The notes: generated by a model from the sequence alone, not told the origin. A DNA stretch of 64,000 bases from Candidatus Woesearchaeota archaeon (GCA_018655525.1 JABIJM010000008.1:20836-84835); one strand, 5' to 3'; counted from the first letter of the stretch, positions 19,432 to 30,894 are shown. Numbers and translations are program-made.

Positions 19432-20085
19432 ATGTCAATTTTAAGTTTTACAAAGAAAACAGTTCTTGAAGAATTAAGAAGAGAAGGAAAAGGGATGGCA
19501 ATTTATGCCATATGCATTGCTGCTCAATGTATGGATCTTTATAATTCAACAAGATATTTAGAACATAGAAAAATCGCAGAAGAAGTAACCTCTCCTGAAA
19601 AAAAAGAAGTTGTTGTAGCTAGGAAAAAGTTATTTAAAATTTCTAACGAAATTTTTGAATTAGATTTAAATTTAAAAAAAGAAGTCATTCCAATTTTGAC
19701 AATTGAAGAAAAAATAAGAAAAAATCCTAAAATCAATGATGTTGCAAAAATAAAACTATTAAAAATAACTTTAGAAACAGTTAAAGAGATTGAAGCAAAA
19801 TCAAATGACATTGAAAAGAGATTACTTTCTTTAGAAAAAGACATTGATAAAAAAACGTTTGATTGGAAATTATTATCGTCGATGGTAGACCACCATAGAG
19901 GTATTATAACCAACATTATTCTTCTTAAAGGAAAAATTGAAAGAAGAATTAAATTTATTGAACGAAAACAAGCCCTTTCTAAAATGAATAATACCTTAAA
20001 ACCACTCCATTCAACACATAAATCAAAAAAAATTATTCAAAAGGCAAGAGCAATCCATATGAAAAACCACGCCAGACGAACATAG
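19432..20085 (+). CDS. Hypothetical basic coiled-coil protein
   Basis: 217-aa ORF, K/E/I-rich helical pattern. Confidence 0.65.
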   Translation: MSILSFTKKTVLEELRREGKGMAIYAICIAAQCMDLYNSTRYLEHRKIAEEVTSPEKKEVVVARKKLFKISNEIFELDLNLKKEVIPILTIEEKIRKNPKINDVAKIKLLKITLETVKEIEAKSNDIEKRLLSLEKDIDKKTFDWKLLSSMVDHHRGIITNIILLKGKIERRIKFIERKQALSKMNNTLKPLHSTHKSKKIIQKARAIHMKNHARRT

Positions 20086-20116
20086 TTTTTTAAATCATTG
20101 TTTCTTTTATGATAAT

Positions 20117-21451
20117 ATGCCAATTGAAATTTGTACAATCGGAGGGTTCTCCAAAACTGAAGGAAATTCTGTTGCAATTAAAGTTGATGACGAAGTTGTT
20201 CTATTAGATATGGGTCTTTCTATGGAGAATTACATTAAACATCAAGAAGATCGTGAAGATGTTAGAGCCGAGAAAACATATAAAGAGTTAATTAAAGTTG
20301 AAGCCGTTCCTAATTATAGTCATATCAAAGATTGGATGGACAAAGTAGTTGTAATTGCACCTTCACATGGGCATTTAGATCATGTTGGTGCTATCCCTTT
20401 TGCTGCTTCATTGTTTCCAAAAGCGACAGTTGTATCCACGCCTTACACAATTGAAATTTTAAGAGCAATTTTGAAAGATGAACGGATTAATTTGCCAAAT
20501 GAAATTGTTTCTATTAAATTAAATGGAACTTACAAAGTTTCAGATAAAATCACATTAGAATTTGTAGAGATGACACATTCTATCCCACATACTGCAACAA
20601 TTGTGGTTCATACACCATATGGGAAGATTGCATATGCGAATGATTTCAAGTTAGATCATACACCCGTAATTGGAAAACCGCCTAATATGGATCGGTTAAA
20701 GGCAATTGGAAAGGAAGGTGTTGATGTTATGTTCATGGATTGTTTGTACGCAGATACACATATCCATACACCTTCAGAAAAAGTCGCGAAACAATTATTG
20801 CAAGATGTGATGCTTGGTACAGAATCACAAGGAAAGGCAATGATTGTGACAACATTCTCTTCACAGATATCACGATTAAAAAGTATTATTGAAATGGGCA
20901 AGAAGTTAAATAGGAAAATTGTATTTTTAGGAAGATCTCTTAATAAATATGTTACAGCTGCTGAAAAAATTAATTTGGTAAAATTTACACAAGATGTGAA
21001 AATGTATAGTAGAAGACATGAAGTTGAGAAAATTCTTCGTAAGATTCAAAAGGAAGGACCTGACAAATATTTGATTGTATGTACAGGCCATCAAGGTGAA
21101 CCTAGAGCTATATTGTCTCGGATAGTAAAAGGAGAGCTAGATTACAAATTGAAGGATGGAGATATTGTTATATTTTCTTGTAGAGTTATTCCGGTTGAAA
21201 CAAATATTAGACATAGAGCAAAGTTAGATTCTGATTTGAAGAAGAAAGGTGTACGTATCTTTAAAGATGTACATGTTTCTGGTCACGGTGCTTTAGAAGA
21301 TCATAGAGATCTGTTAGAATGCGTGAGACCTAAATTGTTTATGCCAATCCATGCAGAGCCTGCAAAGGCAAGAATGTTGATAGATTTTGCGAAGCCGCTT
21401 GGTTTTAAAGGGAAAGGTATGATTGATGGCGGAAGGTTTGTTGTTAAATAA
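20117..21451 (+). CDS. rnj: Ribonuclease J (beta-CASP)
   Basis: LDMG, HGHLDHVG, THSIP, DFK, TGHQGEP, HVSGH motifs. Confidence 0.93.
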   Translation: MPIEICTIGGFSKTEGNSVAIKVDDEVVLLDMGLSMENYIKHQEDREDVRAEKTYKELIKVEAVPNYSHIKDWMDKVVVIAPSHGHLDHVGAIPFAASLFPKATVVSTPYTIEILRAILKDERINLPNEIVSIKLNGTYKVSDKITLEFVEMTHSIPHTATIVVHTPYGKIAYANDFKLDHTPVIGKPPNMDRLKAIGKEGVDVMFMDCLYADTHIHTPSEKVAKQLLQDVMLGTESQGKAMIVTTFSSQISRLKSIIEMGKKLNRKIVFLGRSLNKYVTAAEKINLVKFTQDVKMYSRRHEVEKILRKIQKEGPDKYLIVCTGHQGEPRAILSRIVKGELDYKLKDGDIVIFSCRVIPVETNIRHRAKLDSDLKKKGVRIFKDVHVSGHGALEDHRDLLECVRPKLFMPIHAEPAKARMLIDFAKPLGFKGKGMIDGGRFVVK

Positions 21452-21509
21452 CTGTTAATACTTCTTCATAACAACAAATTTTATAAAGCACAAATTCTCG
21501 TACAATAAT

Positions 21510-22259
21510 ATGAAATTAGTCTTAGCAGAACCAAAATATTTTAAGGATAGTATTAGTATTGTCTCAGAATTAGTTAGTGAAGCTAAATTTAAGGCGACAA
21601 AGAATGGATTAAAGCTGGTAGCAATGGATCCTGCAAATGTGGCTATGGTTAATTTTGAACTTCTAAGCAGTTGTTTTACTGAATATGAAGTAAGTGGGGA
21701 AGAAGAGGAAGTTGCAATTAATCTTGCAAATTTGAAGCAAATTTTACGTAGAACCAAGGGAGATGATATTTTATCCCTTGAAACAACTGAAGATAACAAA
21801 TTAAAAATTGAAATGAAGAGTAACACAACACGTTCATTTTCTATTCCAACATTAGAAATTGATGATAAGGAACAAAAAGTTCCAGATTTATCATTTCCTG
21901 TTGTTGTTGAAATGGATTCTACTACATTAACTGAAGCAGTAGAAGATGTAAGTGTTGTTGCAGAATCTGTAACATTCTTAGGAAGTAAGGAATTATTATG
22001 TGTGAAGGCTGAGGGAGATTTATCTAAAGCGTTTATTGAAATTAAGAATAATGAAACTACTTCCATTAAGGCTGAAACAGATGATAAGTATAAAGCAAAA
22101 TATTCTTTAGAATATTTGAAGAAAATGATTTCTGGCAGTAAATTATCTGCAAAAACAACATTACATTTCAACACCGATTATCCAATGAAACTTGAGTATA
22201 AAGTAACTGATAGAGTTTTATTGAGTTTTATTCTTGCACCTAGAGTAGATAATGATTAG
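21510..22259 (+). CDS. pcn: DNA polymerase sliding clamp PCNA
   Basis: AMDPANVAMV, YSLEYL, PMKLEY, FILAPRV. Confidence 0.97.
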   Translation: MKLVLAEPKYFKDSISIVSELVSEAKFKATKNGLKLVAMDPANVAMVNFELLSSCFTEYEVSGEEEEVAINLANLKQILRRTKGDDILSLETTEDNKLKIEMKSNTTRSFSIPTLEIDDKEQKVPDLSFPVVVEMDSTTLTEAVEDVSVVAESVTFLGSKELLCVKAEGDLSKAFIEIKNNETTSIKAETDDKYKAKYSLEYLKKMISGSKLSAKTTLHFNTDYPMKLEYKVTDRVLLSFILAPRVDND

Positions 22260-22266
22260 TTTTTAG

Positions 22267-22941
22267 TTAAAAACGTATGAGACCTTCATAATTTTCTAGT
22301 TCTTTAAATGCTTGGGAACTCGTTGCTGGATTTTTTAAATTAGCACTTAATGAATAAATCTGAGATGCATGTTCCATCGAATTATCAATTCCCATTCCTT
22401 GGATAATATTTACTAACTTATTTTGATCAATGTCCTGTGTTGCGAATATCATACTAACGTCATAGAAATCTTTTTCTCTAAGAGATCTAATAATTTTTGA
22501 TAATAATAGAAATTCTGTTGATGGAATTACAACCGGTAAATTGGTTCTTTCCCAATTAATTTCTTGTATATAGTTTCTCTTAATTGACTTAGTTGGGATT
22601 TCACCAAAATGTAAAGCATAATACATTGAAGCCCTTTCATCATTGGCATTACTTGAACCTACAGAAGTATTATAAATACTTAAATGTTCTTCATCTACAC
22701 AAATAACATCAATATCTTCATGTTCTCTTTCGCTTCCTGTAAGTAATTCTACTGCCCATCCACCTGCTAACAAATATTTAAGATCGCCATTTTCAGACCT
22801 TTGTGGAAATTTATTAAGCATTTGTGCTAAATTATCTGCAGTGCCTTCTAACCCAGCAAAAGCTCTGGCAAATATTTCGTTTATACTTATAGGGCGCATT
22901 TGCATTCTCATGCCCATGCCCATACCCATTGATTGCATCAT
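22267..22941 (-). CDS. Pol-beta-fold nucleotidyltransferase (Lnu/ANT(2'')-like) with Met-rich N-terminus
   Basis: LAGGWAVELLTG..REHEDIDV signature; LSK...REKDFYD. Confidence 0.7.
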   Translation of the reverse strand: MMQSMGMGMGMRMQMRPISINEIFARAFAGLEGTADNLAQMLNKFPQRSENGDLKYLLAGGWAVELLTGSEREHEDIDVICVDEEHLSIYNTSVGSSNANDERASMYYALHFGEIPTKSIKRNYIQEINWERTNLPVVIPSTEFLLLSKIIRSLREKDFYDVSMIFATQDIDQNKLVNIIQGMGIDNSMEHASQIYSLSANLKNPATSSQAFKELENYEGLIRF

Positions 22942-23003
22942 TTAAACCTAGAATTAATCTTTTTTTATAAAGATGACCCTTAGAAGTAGTTACAGAGGGA
23001 CAT

Positions 23004-23768
23004 TCAATCCCGCAACCTATACCCAATCCTAAACAAATACACACACAGCCATCCAAACACTACAACCAAAACAAACACTAATAAAACAGAATACCAGATA
23101 TTTATATCTGATGTTCCTAGGAATCCATATCTGAATCCGTCTACCATATAGAGAATTGGATTGAATTTTGCAATATTTTGCCAGAAGGGAGGTAGCATCT
23201 TAATACTAAAGAACACCCCACCAAGATATGTGAAGGGTGTAATAATGAAGGTTGCAAAGACGTTCATTTTGTCAAAAGATGTTGCCCATAATGCGGTTGC
23301 AATTCCTGCAAAGGCAAAGATGGTTGAAACCATGACTATGAAATAGATTAATACAAAAATATTTACCACTGTAATATTTGCGAAGATGAATGAAATGATC
23401 AGTATCCCGATACCTACTAAAACTCCACGTAACACTGCAGCCATTGTTAATGCAGATATGATCTGCCAATAACTTAATGGTGAAATGAGGATTTCTTGAA
23501 TGTTTTTCTGAAATTTAGATATGAATAAACTAGAAGAGGTATTCATGTATGCTGACATGATGACACCCATCATTAATAATCCAGGAATAATGAATTCTAT
23601 ATACCCAACACCGCCCATATCATTAATTTTATTACCTAAAGAATAGCCGAAGACTAATATAAAAAGAGTTGAGGTAATTATGGGAGGAATGATTGTTTGT
23701 TGCCACACCCTCATAAATCTAGATGTTTCTCGTTGTGCAAGTGTCCACATACCTGTATTACTTCCCAT
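23004..23768 (-). CDS. ABC-2 type exporter permease (YadH-like)
   Basis: FIIPGLLMM, EILISPL, YLGGVFFS, NPILYMVDGFRYG. Confidence 0.92.
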   Translation of the reverse strand: MGSNTGMWTLAQRETSRFMRVWQQTIIPPIITSTLFILVFGYSLGNKINDMGGVGYIEFIIPGLLMMGVIMSAYMNTSSSLFISKFQKNIQEILISPLSYWQIISALTMAAVLRGVLVGIGILIISFIFANITVVNIFVLIYFIVMVSTIFAFAGIATALWATSFDKMNVFATFIITPFTYLGGVFFSIKMLPPFWQNIAKFNPILYMVDGFRYGFLGTSDINIWYSVLLVFVLVVVFGWLCVYLFRIGYRLRD

Positions 23769-24660
23769 TTGTTAGATGTATAAAAATGTCCTCCAATTTA
23801 TTTTTGTTTGTTTCCATTTTTTCTATGGGTAATCCATTGATGTCTGCTAAGACTTGTTCCCATTTGTCTTTTTTAGGATCTAATGCTATTGTCATTGTTT
23901 TTCCTTGTATTGTAACATTATATTTTTTTAAGTTTGAAGGAAGTTTAATTTCTTCTTTCAAGGTTAAACATAATCGTTCTCCTTCAAGTAAGCTTAATAA
24001 ATTCTTTTTAGAATCTAAGGTAACAATTTCTCCGTGGTTAATGATTGCAATACGTTCACATAATTCTTCTGCTTCTTCTAAATAATGTGTAGTTAACAAG
24101 ATTGTAACACCTGATTTGTTTAATTTACGAATAAACTTCCAAATTGATTTTCGTGTTTCAACATCAACACCTGCAGTTGGTTCATCTAAGATGAGAATTT
24201 TAGGTTGATGGATTAATGCACGTGCGATCATGAGTTTTCGTTTCATACCGCCAGAAAGTGTGATGGCCTTCATATCTTTCTTTTCCCAAAGATGTAGTTC
24301 TTTGAGAACTTTTTCAATACGTTCCTTCCTAATATCTGAAGGAATGCCAAAATATCCAGATGCGAAATACAAAATATTATAGACTTTTTCAAATTGATCA
24401 AAATTAAATTCTTGTGGCACTAATCCTATTAATGCTCTAGCTTCTTTGTAATCTTCAACAACATCTTTTCCAAATAACCTAACATCTCCTGACGTTTTAT
24501 TTGCAAGTCCTGTAAGAATATGAATCGTTGTTGTTTTACCTGCACCATTAGGTCCAAGTAATCCGAAGAATTCTCCTTTCTGAATTGAGAATGTAATCCC
24601 TTTAACTGCTTCTGTTTTTGGATAAATCTTTTTTAGATCTTTAATTGTTACTGCTTCCAC
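23758..24660 (-). CDS. ABC exporter ATP-binding protein (YadG-like)
   Basis: GPNGAGKTT, LSGGMKR, ILDEPT, TTHY. Confidence 0.95.
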   Translation of the reverse strand: MEAVTIKDLKKIYPKTEAVKGITFSIQKGEFFGLLGPNGAGKTTTIHILTGLANKTSGDVRLFGKDVVEDYKEARALIGLVPQEFNFDQFEKVYNILYFASGYFGIPSDIRKERIEKVLKELHLWEKKDMKAITLSGGMKRKLMIARALIHQPKILILDEPTAGVDVETRKSIWKFIRKLNKSGVTILLTTHYLEEAEELCERIAIINHGEIVTLDSKKNLLSLLEGERLCLTLKEEIKLPSNLKKYNVTIQGKTMTIALDPKKDKWEQVLADINGLPIEKMETNKNKLEDIFIHLTNGK

Positions 24661-24773
24661 AAGAAATAAATTTTATGGAGAGGTTATAAAGTTTGTGGAT
24701 GAATCGGTTTGCTATTATTAATTCTATAAGAATAAAATTAAATCACAACACTTTTATACGTTTAATAATTTAA

Positions 24774-25292
24774 ATGGATATGAATTATTTTAAAACAATT
24801 AAAGAAGCTCTTCAAACAGTATATTATTCTAAGAAGTATTATGCCATTTCTCTTATTGCAGGAATCATTATTTTTTCACTGAATGCAGTTATTAGAAATT
24901 ATAAATTATTATTAGATCAATTTTCGTTTACGTTGTTATATCATTTAGTATTAGGAACATTTACATCATTCGCAACAAGTATGTGGATTTCGCTTCTATT
25001 CGTTGCAGTCCTTACAGGAATCATTGTATCCTTCACGGTATTCTTAATCGGACGTCAGATTAGTTCTTCTGGTGTTTCTACTAGTATCTCTAGTATCTTA
25101 ATTGCAATTGTTGCACCTGCATGTCCATCTTGTGCTGTGGGGTTATTTGGAATTGTTGGTTTAGGCGGAGTTATGGCGTATCTTCCATTTAGAGGTGAAG
25201 AATTAGGTCCTTTGGCTGTATTATTGATTGCAGTTTCTTTAGGATATCTTTCTAAGAAGGTTGTTACAAATACGTGTGAGATTAAACGTTAA
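24774..25292 (+). CDS. Membrane protein with CPSC motif
   Basis: About 4 TM; ACPSC within a TM segment and a C-terminal Cys. Confidence 0.75.
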   Translation: MDMNYFKTIKEALQTVYYSKKYYAISLIAGIIIFSLNAVIRNYKLLLDQFSFTLLYHLVLGTFTSFATSMWISLLFVAVLTGIIVSFTVFLIGRQISSSGVSTSISSILIAIVAPACPSCAVGLFGIVGLGGVMAYLPFRGEELGPLAVLLIAVSLGYLSKKVVTNTCEIKR

Positions 25293-25331
25293 CTTTGTAA
25301 AGTTGACAATTTAAGAAACACATTTTCCTTA

Positions 25332-25934
25332 TTATATTAAGAATAAGTTATTTATTCCAGTTAATATCATATCTATACCCATCGCACCAATAAAGAATCC
25401 ATTAAGCCTCAATAGAACTCCCATGTTCTTATCAAAAGCTATTTTAATTCTTTTTGTATCCATCATTTTTCTGAGTTTTATTAAAAACATCAGCAATAAA
25501 AAATTTACAAGAAATATTATGATAAGGGTTGTTGTGCCTAAAAAATATGACATTTCTTGAGATAATAATATACTTAATGATATTGTTCCTGCACCAACCA
25601 TAAAAGGTAAAGCTATTTCTGAAGCGAGATTATCAAGATCTTCTTTCATCATTATCAAAGCTTCTTGTCCTTTTACTATAAACAAATAAGAAAAAGAAAA
25701 TAGGACAATCCCACCAAAAATACGAAAAGATTCAACATTTATTTGGAAGATATTCTGAAATACAAAATTTCCAAAATAAAAGAATATTAAGCAAACAACA
25801 AAAGAAATAAGTGTGGCTTTTGCTATGACTTTCAAGAAATCTTTGTGATTTAAATCTTTTCTTATAGGTTCTAAATAAAGAAATAAAGCAAAGGGATTTA
25901 TCATAACTAAAAATGCAATGATTGTGGTCAACAT
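25332..25934 (-). CDS. MarC family membrane protein
   Basis: INPF, FRIFGGIVLF, ALPFMVGAGTI, RLNG. Confidence 0.88.
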   Translation of the reverse strand: MLTTIIAFLVMINPFALFLYLEPIRKDLNHKDFLKVIAKATLISFVVCLIFFYFGNFVFQNIFQINVESFRIFGGIVLFSFSYLFIVKGQEALIMMKEDLDNLASEIALPFMVGAGTISLSILLSQEMSYFLGTTTLIIIFLVNFLLLMFLIKLRKMMDTKRIKIAFDKNMGVLLRLNGFFIGAMGIDMILTGINNLFLI

Positions 25935-26020
25935 AAATTATTAAAATAAACTGAATACTTTTAAAGATATTGATTTTGAATCATCTAATAAAAGCAATAG
26001 ATGAGTTTTTATAAAAAAAA

Positions 26021-26365
26021 TCAACCCTTAAACCCAGATTTCTCTGCAAGTTGTTGCGTTGTAAAGACACCAGTTACTTTTGTTCCATCTGCAAATTGCC
26101 ATGTTGGATAAGAAGTGATTCCTTCTTGAATACAGGTTGGTGTTTGGGCCTTTCCATCAGGAGTAGAACATTCTACATAATTGATTTTCTTAAAACTTTT
26201 TCCGAGAATTGCTTTTTGTTGGTTGCACGCAGAGCACCAAAATGCACCGTACATCAATACACCTTCTTTTGTAAGGTGTTCAGCAAGAGCATCATTCTTT
26301 CCCGTACATCCTGATAATACAAGTAAAGAGATGATTCCAATAATTAATAGTATTTTTTTCATCAT
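26021..26365 (-). CDS. Thioredoxin-fold lipoprotein
   Basis: Lipobox LSGC; MYGAFWCSAC, YVEC, ITSYPTW. Confidence 0.85.
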   Translation of the reverse strand: MMKKILLIIGIISLLVLSGCTGKNDALAEHLTKEGVLMYGAFWCSACNQQKAILGKSFKKINYVECSTPDGKAQTPTCIQEGITSYPTWQFADGTKVTGVFTTQQLAEKSGFKG

Positions 26366-26376
26366 AGTATTTTCCT

Positions 26377-28554
26377 CTATAACTTTTTTCTTTTTAATAA
26401 TAGTGAATTTGTAATCACACTTACGCTACTTGCAGCCATTGCGCCGCCTGCTAGCATAGGATTTAGTAACCATCCGGTCCATACATATAAAACTCCTGCA
26501 GCAACAGGAATGCCTAAAGTATTGTAGAACAATGCCCAAAACATGTTTTGTCTAATTTTAGCCATCGTCAATTTACTTAATTTTATTGCTTTTGGAACGT
26601 CTAATAAGCTGTCTTTCATTAAAACAATGTCTCCTGTTTCCATTGCGACATCTGTACCTGAACCCATGGCAATACCTATGTCTGCTTGTGCTAATGCTGG
26701 TGCGTCATTGATCCCATCGCCAACCATTGCTACTTTACCTTTTTGTTGTAGTTTTTTAACGTAATTTGCTTTATCTTCTGGAAGAACTTCTGCAAACACA
26801 TTCTTTATTCCTGCTTTTTTTGCGATGGCATGTGCTGTTCGTTCATTGTCGCCGGTGATCATATATGTTTCAATGTCAAGTTCTTGTAGCATCTTAATTG
26901 CGGTAGGAGAATCTGCTTTAATCTCATCTGCAACTGCAATTATTCCTAAAAGACTCGTTCCTTGTGAAAGAACCATGGTTGTTTTTCCTTCTTGCTCTAA
27001 TGAAGTTATTTTAGAGTTAAGAGGAGTTAAGTCTACATTCTTTTCTTTCATTAATTTGGGATTTCCTAAATAATATTTTTTACTTCCAATCTTTGCTTCT
27101 ACGCCTTTTCCGACAATTGCTTTGAATCCCGTAATGTTTTTCCAGGAAACTTTTTTAGATTTTGCTTCTTCCACAATTGCTTCTGCAAGAGGATGTTCGG
27201 AATTCTTTTCGATACTTCCAGCAATTTGTAATACGTCTGATTCTTTGATTCCTTTTGCAACTACGACATCAGTTACTTCGGGTTTTCCTTTTGTAATTGT
27301 TCCAGTTTTATCGAATATAACATATTTTAATTTATGAGCTGTTTCTAATGCATCTCCACCTTTAATTAAAATTCCTTGTTTCGCTCCTAACCCTGTTCCT
27401 ACCATGATGGCAGTTGGTGTTGCTAGTCCTAAAGCACACGGACATGCAATGACAAGAACTGCAACTGCAGCAATTAATGCAAATCCTACAGCTGCACCTA
27501 CAACAAGGTTCCAAATAAGGAAAGTTGCTACGGCTATTAAAATTACAATTGGCACAAAATAGGAAGAGATTTGATCTGCAAACCTTTGAATTGGCGCTTT
27601 CTTTGTTTGTGCTTCTTCAATGAGTTTTACAATACGTGAAAGGGTTGTTTCTGATCCTACATGTGTTGCTTTGAATGTGAAACTTCCGGTTTTGTTTATA
27701 GTTGATCCGATTACATTATCTCCTTTCTTTTTTTCTGTAGGGATACTTTCACCTGTGACCATACTTTCATCAATCGCAGAATGGCCTTTTACAATCATCC
27801 CATCAACAGGAATTTTTTCGCCTGGTTTTACAATTACAAGATCTCCTTTGACAACAGTATCAATAGGAATTTTGATTTCTTTTCCATCTCTAATAACAAG
27901 TGCTGTTTTTGCACCCAATTTCATGAGTTTACTAATTGCTTCTGACGTTTTGCCTTTTGCAATCGCTTCAAGATATTTTCCTAGAATTACAAGCGTGATT
28001 AATACAGCAGATGCTTCAAAATATTGGTGGCCTTGTGCTCCAAGTAAAACAACATACACAGAATAAAAATACGCTGCACTTGTACCCATTGCAATTAATG
28101 TATCCATATTAGAAGTTTTATTCTTTAATGCTGCCCAAGCACCTACATAGAATTGTTTTCCCACATAGAACTGAATTGGTGTTGCTAAAGCCCACATGAT
28201 ATAATCTTGAAATGGAATAGGGTTTTTCATGAAAAACATGCCTAAAATAAGAGAAGGGATTGCAAGAATTGCACTAAAGAGGACTTTATTTTTGAGATTA
28301 TTCAATTCTTTTTTACTTTTTTCTTTTTCCTGTGCTAGGTCTTTTACAAAGTGACCTTCATAACCTTTATCTTTAATAATTTGTAATAATCCTTCTTCTG
28401 AAATGTTCTTTGAATTGAAATCAATTGCTGCTTTTTCTGTTGCAAAATTAACTGTAGCTTGTGAAACTGCTTCATGTTTCTCCAAAGCTTTTGAGATAAT
28501 TTTGGTACAACTAGCACAATGCATGCCGGTTATTTTAATTGTTGTTTTCGCCAT
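26377..28554 (-). CDS. copA: Cu(I)-translocating P1B-type ATPase
   Basis: GMHCASC HMA domain, [31 protein letters not shown] and M..SS in TM7/TM8. Confidence 0.96.
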   Translation of the reverse strand: MAKTTIKITGMHCASCTKIISKALEKHEAVSQATVNFATEKAAIDFNSKNISEEGLLQIIKDKGYEGHFVKDLAQEKEKSKKELNNLKNKVLFSAILAIPSLILGMFFMKNPIPFQDYIMWALATPIQFYVGKQFYVGAWAALKNKTSNMDTLIAMGTSAAYFYSVYVVLLGAQGHQYFEASAVLITLVILGKYLEAIAKGKTSEAISKLMKLGAKTALVIRDGKEIKIPIDTVVKGDLVIVKPGEKIPVDGMIVKGHSAIDESMVTGESIPTEKKKGDNVIGSTINKTGSFTFKATHVGSETTLSRIVKLIEEAQTKKAPIQRFADQISSYFVPIVILIAVATFLIWNLVVGAAVGFALIAAVAVLVIACPCALGLATPTAIMVGTGLGAKQGILIKGGDALETAHKLKYVIFDKTGTITKGKPEVTDVVVAKGIKESDVLQIAGSIEKNSEHPLAEAIVEEAKSKKVSWKNITGFKAIVGKGVEAKIGSKKYYLGNPKLMKEKNVDLTPLNSKITSLEQEGKTTMVLSQGTSLLGIIAVADEIKADSPTAIKMLQELDIETYMITGDNERTAHAIAKKAGIKNVFAEVLPEDKANYVKKLQQKGKVAMVGDGINDAPALAQADIGIAMGSGTDVAMETGDIVLMKDSLLDVPKAIKLSKLTMAKIRQNMFWALFYNTLGIPVAAGVLYVWTGWLLNPMLAGGAMAASSVSVITNSLLLKRKKL

Positions 28555-28564
28555 ATTTATTTCC

Positions 28565-28951
28565 TCATTTTGAATTTTTCACCATCTTGGAACATTCTTT
28601 GCATCCTGTTTTATGTTCAAATGCATCTCTTAGGATACACCAACAGAAATTTGGTGATAATTGGAAGTATTTTTCCCTTCCTTTTTTTTCTGAATTTACA
28701 ATCCCTAAGGAATGTAATAATTTTAATTGGTGAGATATTGCAGATAAGGTTACATTATCCACGCTTTTGTGAATCTGAGTTACGTTTTTTGGGCCGTCCA
28801 TGATGCTTACCAGCATCTTTAACCTCGTTTCATCTGCTAAACTTGAAAATAAATGTAATGCTTTATTATAATCTCTCTTCACGATAGTTGAATAGTTGCT
28901 CAAGTATTTAAATGTATTGGTGATTTTTAATAATTTTGAGCTGCGACCCAA
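28565..28951 (-). CDS. ArsR/SmtB family regulator
   Basis: [30 protein letters not shown]; C-terminal CWC and CKEC. Confidence 0.88.
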   Translation of the reverse strand: MGRSSKLLKITNTFKYLSNYSTIVKRDYNKALHLFSSLADETRLKMLVSIMDGPKNVTQIHKSVDNVTLSAISHQLKLLHSLGIVNSEKKGREKYFQLSPNFCWCILRDAFEHKTGCKECSKMVKNSK

Positions 28952-29256
28952 CGATCCATTAATATTAACATAGTATCTTCCAATAAAGTGATTCTTGCCT
29001 CATAAGTTCCTTTTGGAGTAATGCCAAATGAAGATTCCATCAGTTCTATTTTTTTTATTGTATCTTTAATTTCTTGATCCGGAAACCATTTTGGATCCAT
29101 TCCAATTTCCAATAATTGGGAATCTGAAGATAAGGCTTTCATTTGTAAAGTATGTGCATAAAGGAGATTTACTCTAAAACTTGTATCTTCATCAATGTTA
29201 TTTGAAGAACATGCTGTAAACATTAATAAAATAAAAATAAAAAATACTTTTTTCAT
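28927..29256 (-). CDS. Hypothetical lipoprotein
   Basis: MKK, hydrophobic stretch and FTAC lipobox; within the operon. Confidence 0.65.
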   Translation of the reverse strand: MKKVFFIFILLMFTACSSNNIDEDTSFRVNLLYAHTLQMKALSSDSQLLEIGMDPKWFPDQEIKDTIKKIELMESSFGITPKGTYEARITLLEDTMLILMDRWVAAQNY

Positions 29257-29262
29257 TTTAAA

Positions 29263-30687
29263 TTACTGAGGGCCACCACAACCACAACCACCACTTGCAC
29301 CACAACTGCTTGCAGGTGGTAGATCAATTGCATTTAAAGCGCCAGTAATTTCATTTTGGTCAACAGTATCTTGAACAATAAATGCCCCTGGAATCATACC
29401 CATCCAACAACTCCATGAGATTGTACCGGTTTCAGTTGGCGTAAATTCAATGGTTTGAGTCCCTGGTTTGATTGGAAAGTTTAACCCATATTTAGGCACA
29501 CTAATAGCATTATTACATCCATTAATTTCTTTTCCTTCAATAACCCATTTTACTGGAATGCCTTTTTGTAGTACAAATTTATCTGGACTCCACCCGTACC
29601 TATTAACTTCCATATTTATGATTTGGTAGCCGTCTTTCAGCTCAATAGCATTTCCTGAATTTGAGTTACTATCTCCAAGAACGTTAAATCCCGCGGTTAA
29701 TGAATTGTAATCATATCCTGTTCCAGTTAATGTAAGACCGCGATTCACCATAATTAATCCTAAAAAGATTACAATGATTGCAGATGCTTTCAAAATTTTA
29801 TGTGTTGCTTTCCCACTTAAAAAACTTGTAAGGTAACCAAAGCCAAGTAATACAGGCAAAGTTCCTAAGCCAAAAATGAAAAGGAGTTTAGCTCCTTCAA
29901 ACATGCTTCCAGTTCCTGCTGCCATAATATAAATGGCTTGCAATGGTCCGCATGCAATCATTAATCCATTAAGTAATCCTATTACTAATGGGCTGTTTTT
30001 ATGAGCTCGTGCTTCTTTACTTGTAAAACGATTGATAAATTTCGGAAATCTAAATCGTATTTTTCTAAGTGCAGGAAAAATATTTAACATTTTTAGTCCG
30101 AATAATACAAGGAATGCTCCCGCAATAATTCCTGCGAGACCACGCATCATTGGTGTAAATGCAAAGATGCTTCCAACCAATCCAAAAAGCGCACCAATTA
30201 TTGTATATGAAAGCGTTTTTCCAATTGCATACGATAAATGGAGATAATGTGGTTTCTTTCCTTCTTTTGCACCTTTCGTGGTGTAAGATACAACAAATCC
30301 ACCACACATACTAATACAATGGAATCCGGTCAATAATCCTACTACAAAGAGAAGTCCGTAACCCATGTTTTGACTAATCGTTGGAAGGTTGATTGAATCA
30401 ACATATTGTAAAATGAAATATCCTAGGACAAGAATTCCAATAATTGCAAATGTCCACCCAACATAAGATTTTTTGTTTGAAGAAGTATCACAAATATATC
30501 CTTTTTTCTCAATGATATTTTTGATTTTTGCAAAACTTGTTTTCTCTTCATCAAAATCTACGGTTGATTTCTCAGTTGTGTAATCAACATGGAAGGAATT
30601 GATTCCTTGCAATTTATGAACTTGACGAGAGATGATTTTCTCACAACTTTCGCAAGTCATGCCTTTTGTAGTGAAGGTTTTTTTCAT
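29263..30687 (-). CDS. HMA + DsbD_2 + cupredoxin-like heavy-metal membrane protein
   Basis: GMTCESC; HCISMCGG and NGLMIACGP TM motifs; C-terminal SCWMGM. Confidence 0.88.
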   Translation of the reverse strand: MKKTFTTKGMTCESCEKIISRQVHKLQGINSFHVDYTTEKSTVDFDEEKTSFAKIKNIIEKKGYICDTSSNKKSYVGWTFAIIGILVLGYFILQYVDSINLPTISQNMGYGLLFVVGLLTGFHCISMCGGFVVSYTTKGAKEGKKPHYLHLSYAIGKTLSYTIIGALFGLVGSIFAFTPMMRGLAGIIAGAFLVLFGLKMLNIFPALRKIRFRFPKFINRFTSKEARAHKNSPLVIGLLNGLMIACGPLQAIYIMAAGTGSMFEGAKLLFIFGLGTLPVLLGFGYLTSFLSGKATHKILKASAIIVIFLGLIMVNRGLTLTGTGYDYNSLTAGFNVLGDSNSNSGNAIELKDGYQIINMEVNRYGWSPDKFVLQKGIPVKWVIEGKEINGCNNAISVPKYGLNFPIKPGTQTIEFTPTETGTISWSCWMGMIPGAFIVQDTVDQNEITGALNAIDLPPASSCGASGGCGCGGPQ

Positions 30688-30884
30688 TCTACTTGATAAT
30701 CTCCTTCTGCTTTAATCGTTTCTTTAATTTTTTCCAAAGATGTTTTGGATTCATCAAATTCTACTTCAGCTGTACCTAAATCATAATTAACATCTACCTT
30801 TACGTTAATATCTTCTAATGCATCTTCAAGAAGCATTTTGCAACTTTTGCAATGCATCCCTTTAATTTTTAATGTTTGTTTCAT
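30684..30884 (-). CDS. copZ: Copper chaperone (HMA domain)
   Basis: KGMHCKSC; ATG at 30884 preferred over 30902. Confidence 0.88.
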   Translation of the reverse strand: MKQTLKIKGMHCKSCKMLLEDALEDINVKVDVNYDLGTAEVEFDESKTSLEKIKETIKAEGDYQVE

Positions 30885-30894
30885 CTTATCCCTC

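Noticed and set aside
21455-22174. 239-aa antisense ORF over PCNA
   Set aside because: Entirely opposite a confident gene; S/L/T-rich shadow of biased codon usage with no motifs
27620-28066. 148-aa and other short ORFs antisense to copA
   Set aside because: Shadow ORFs typical of P-type ATPase genes, with no independent coding signals
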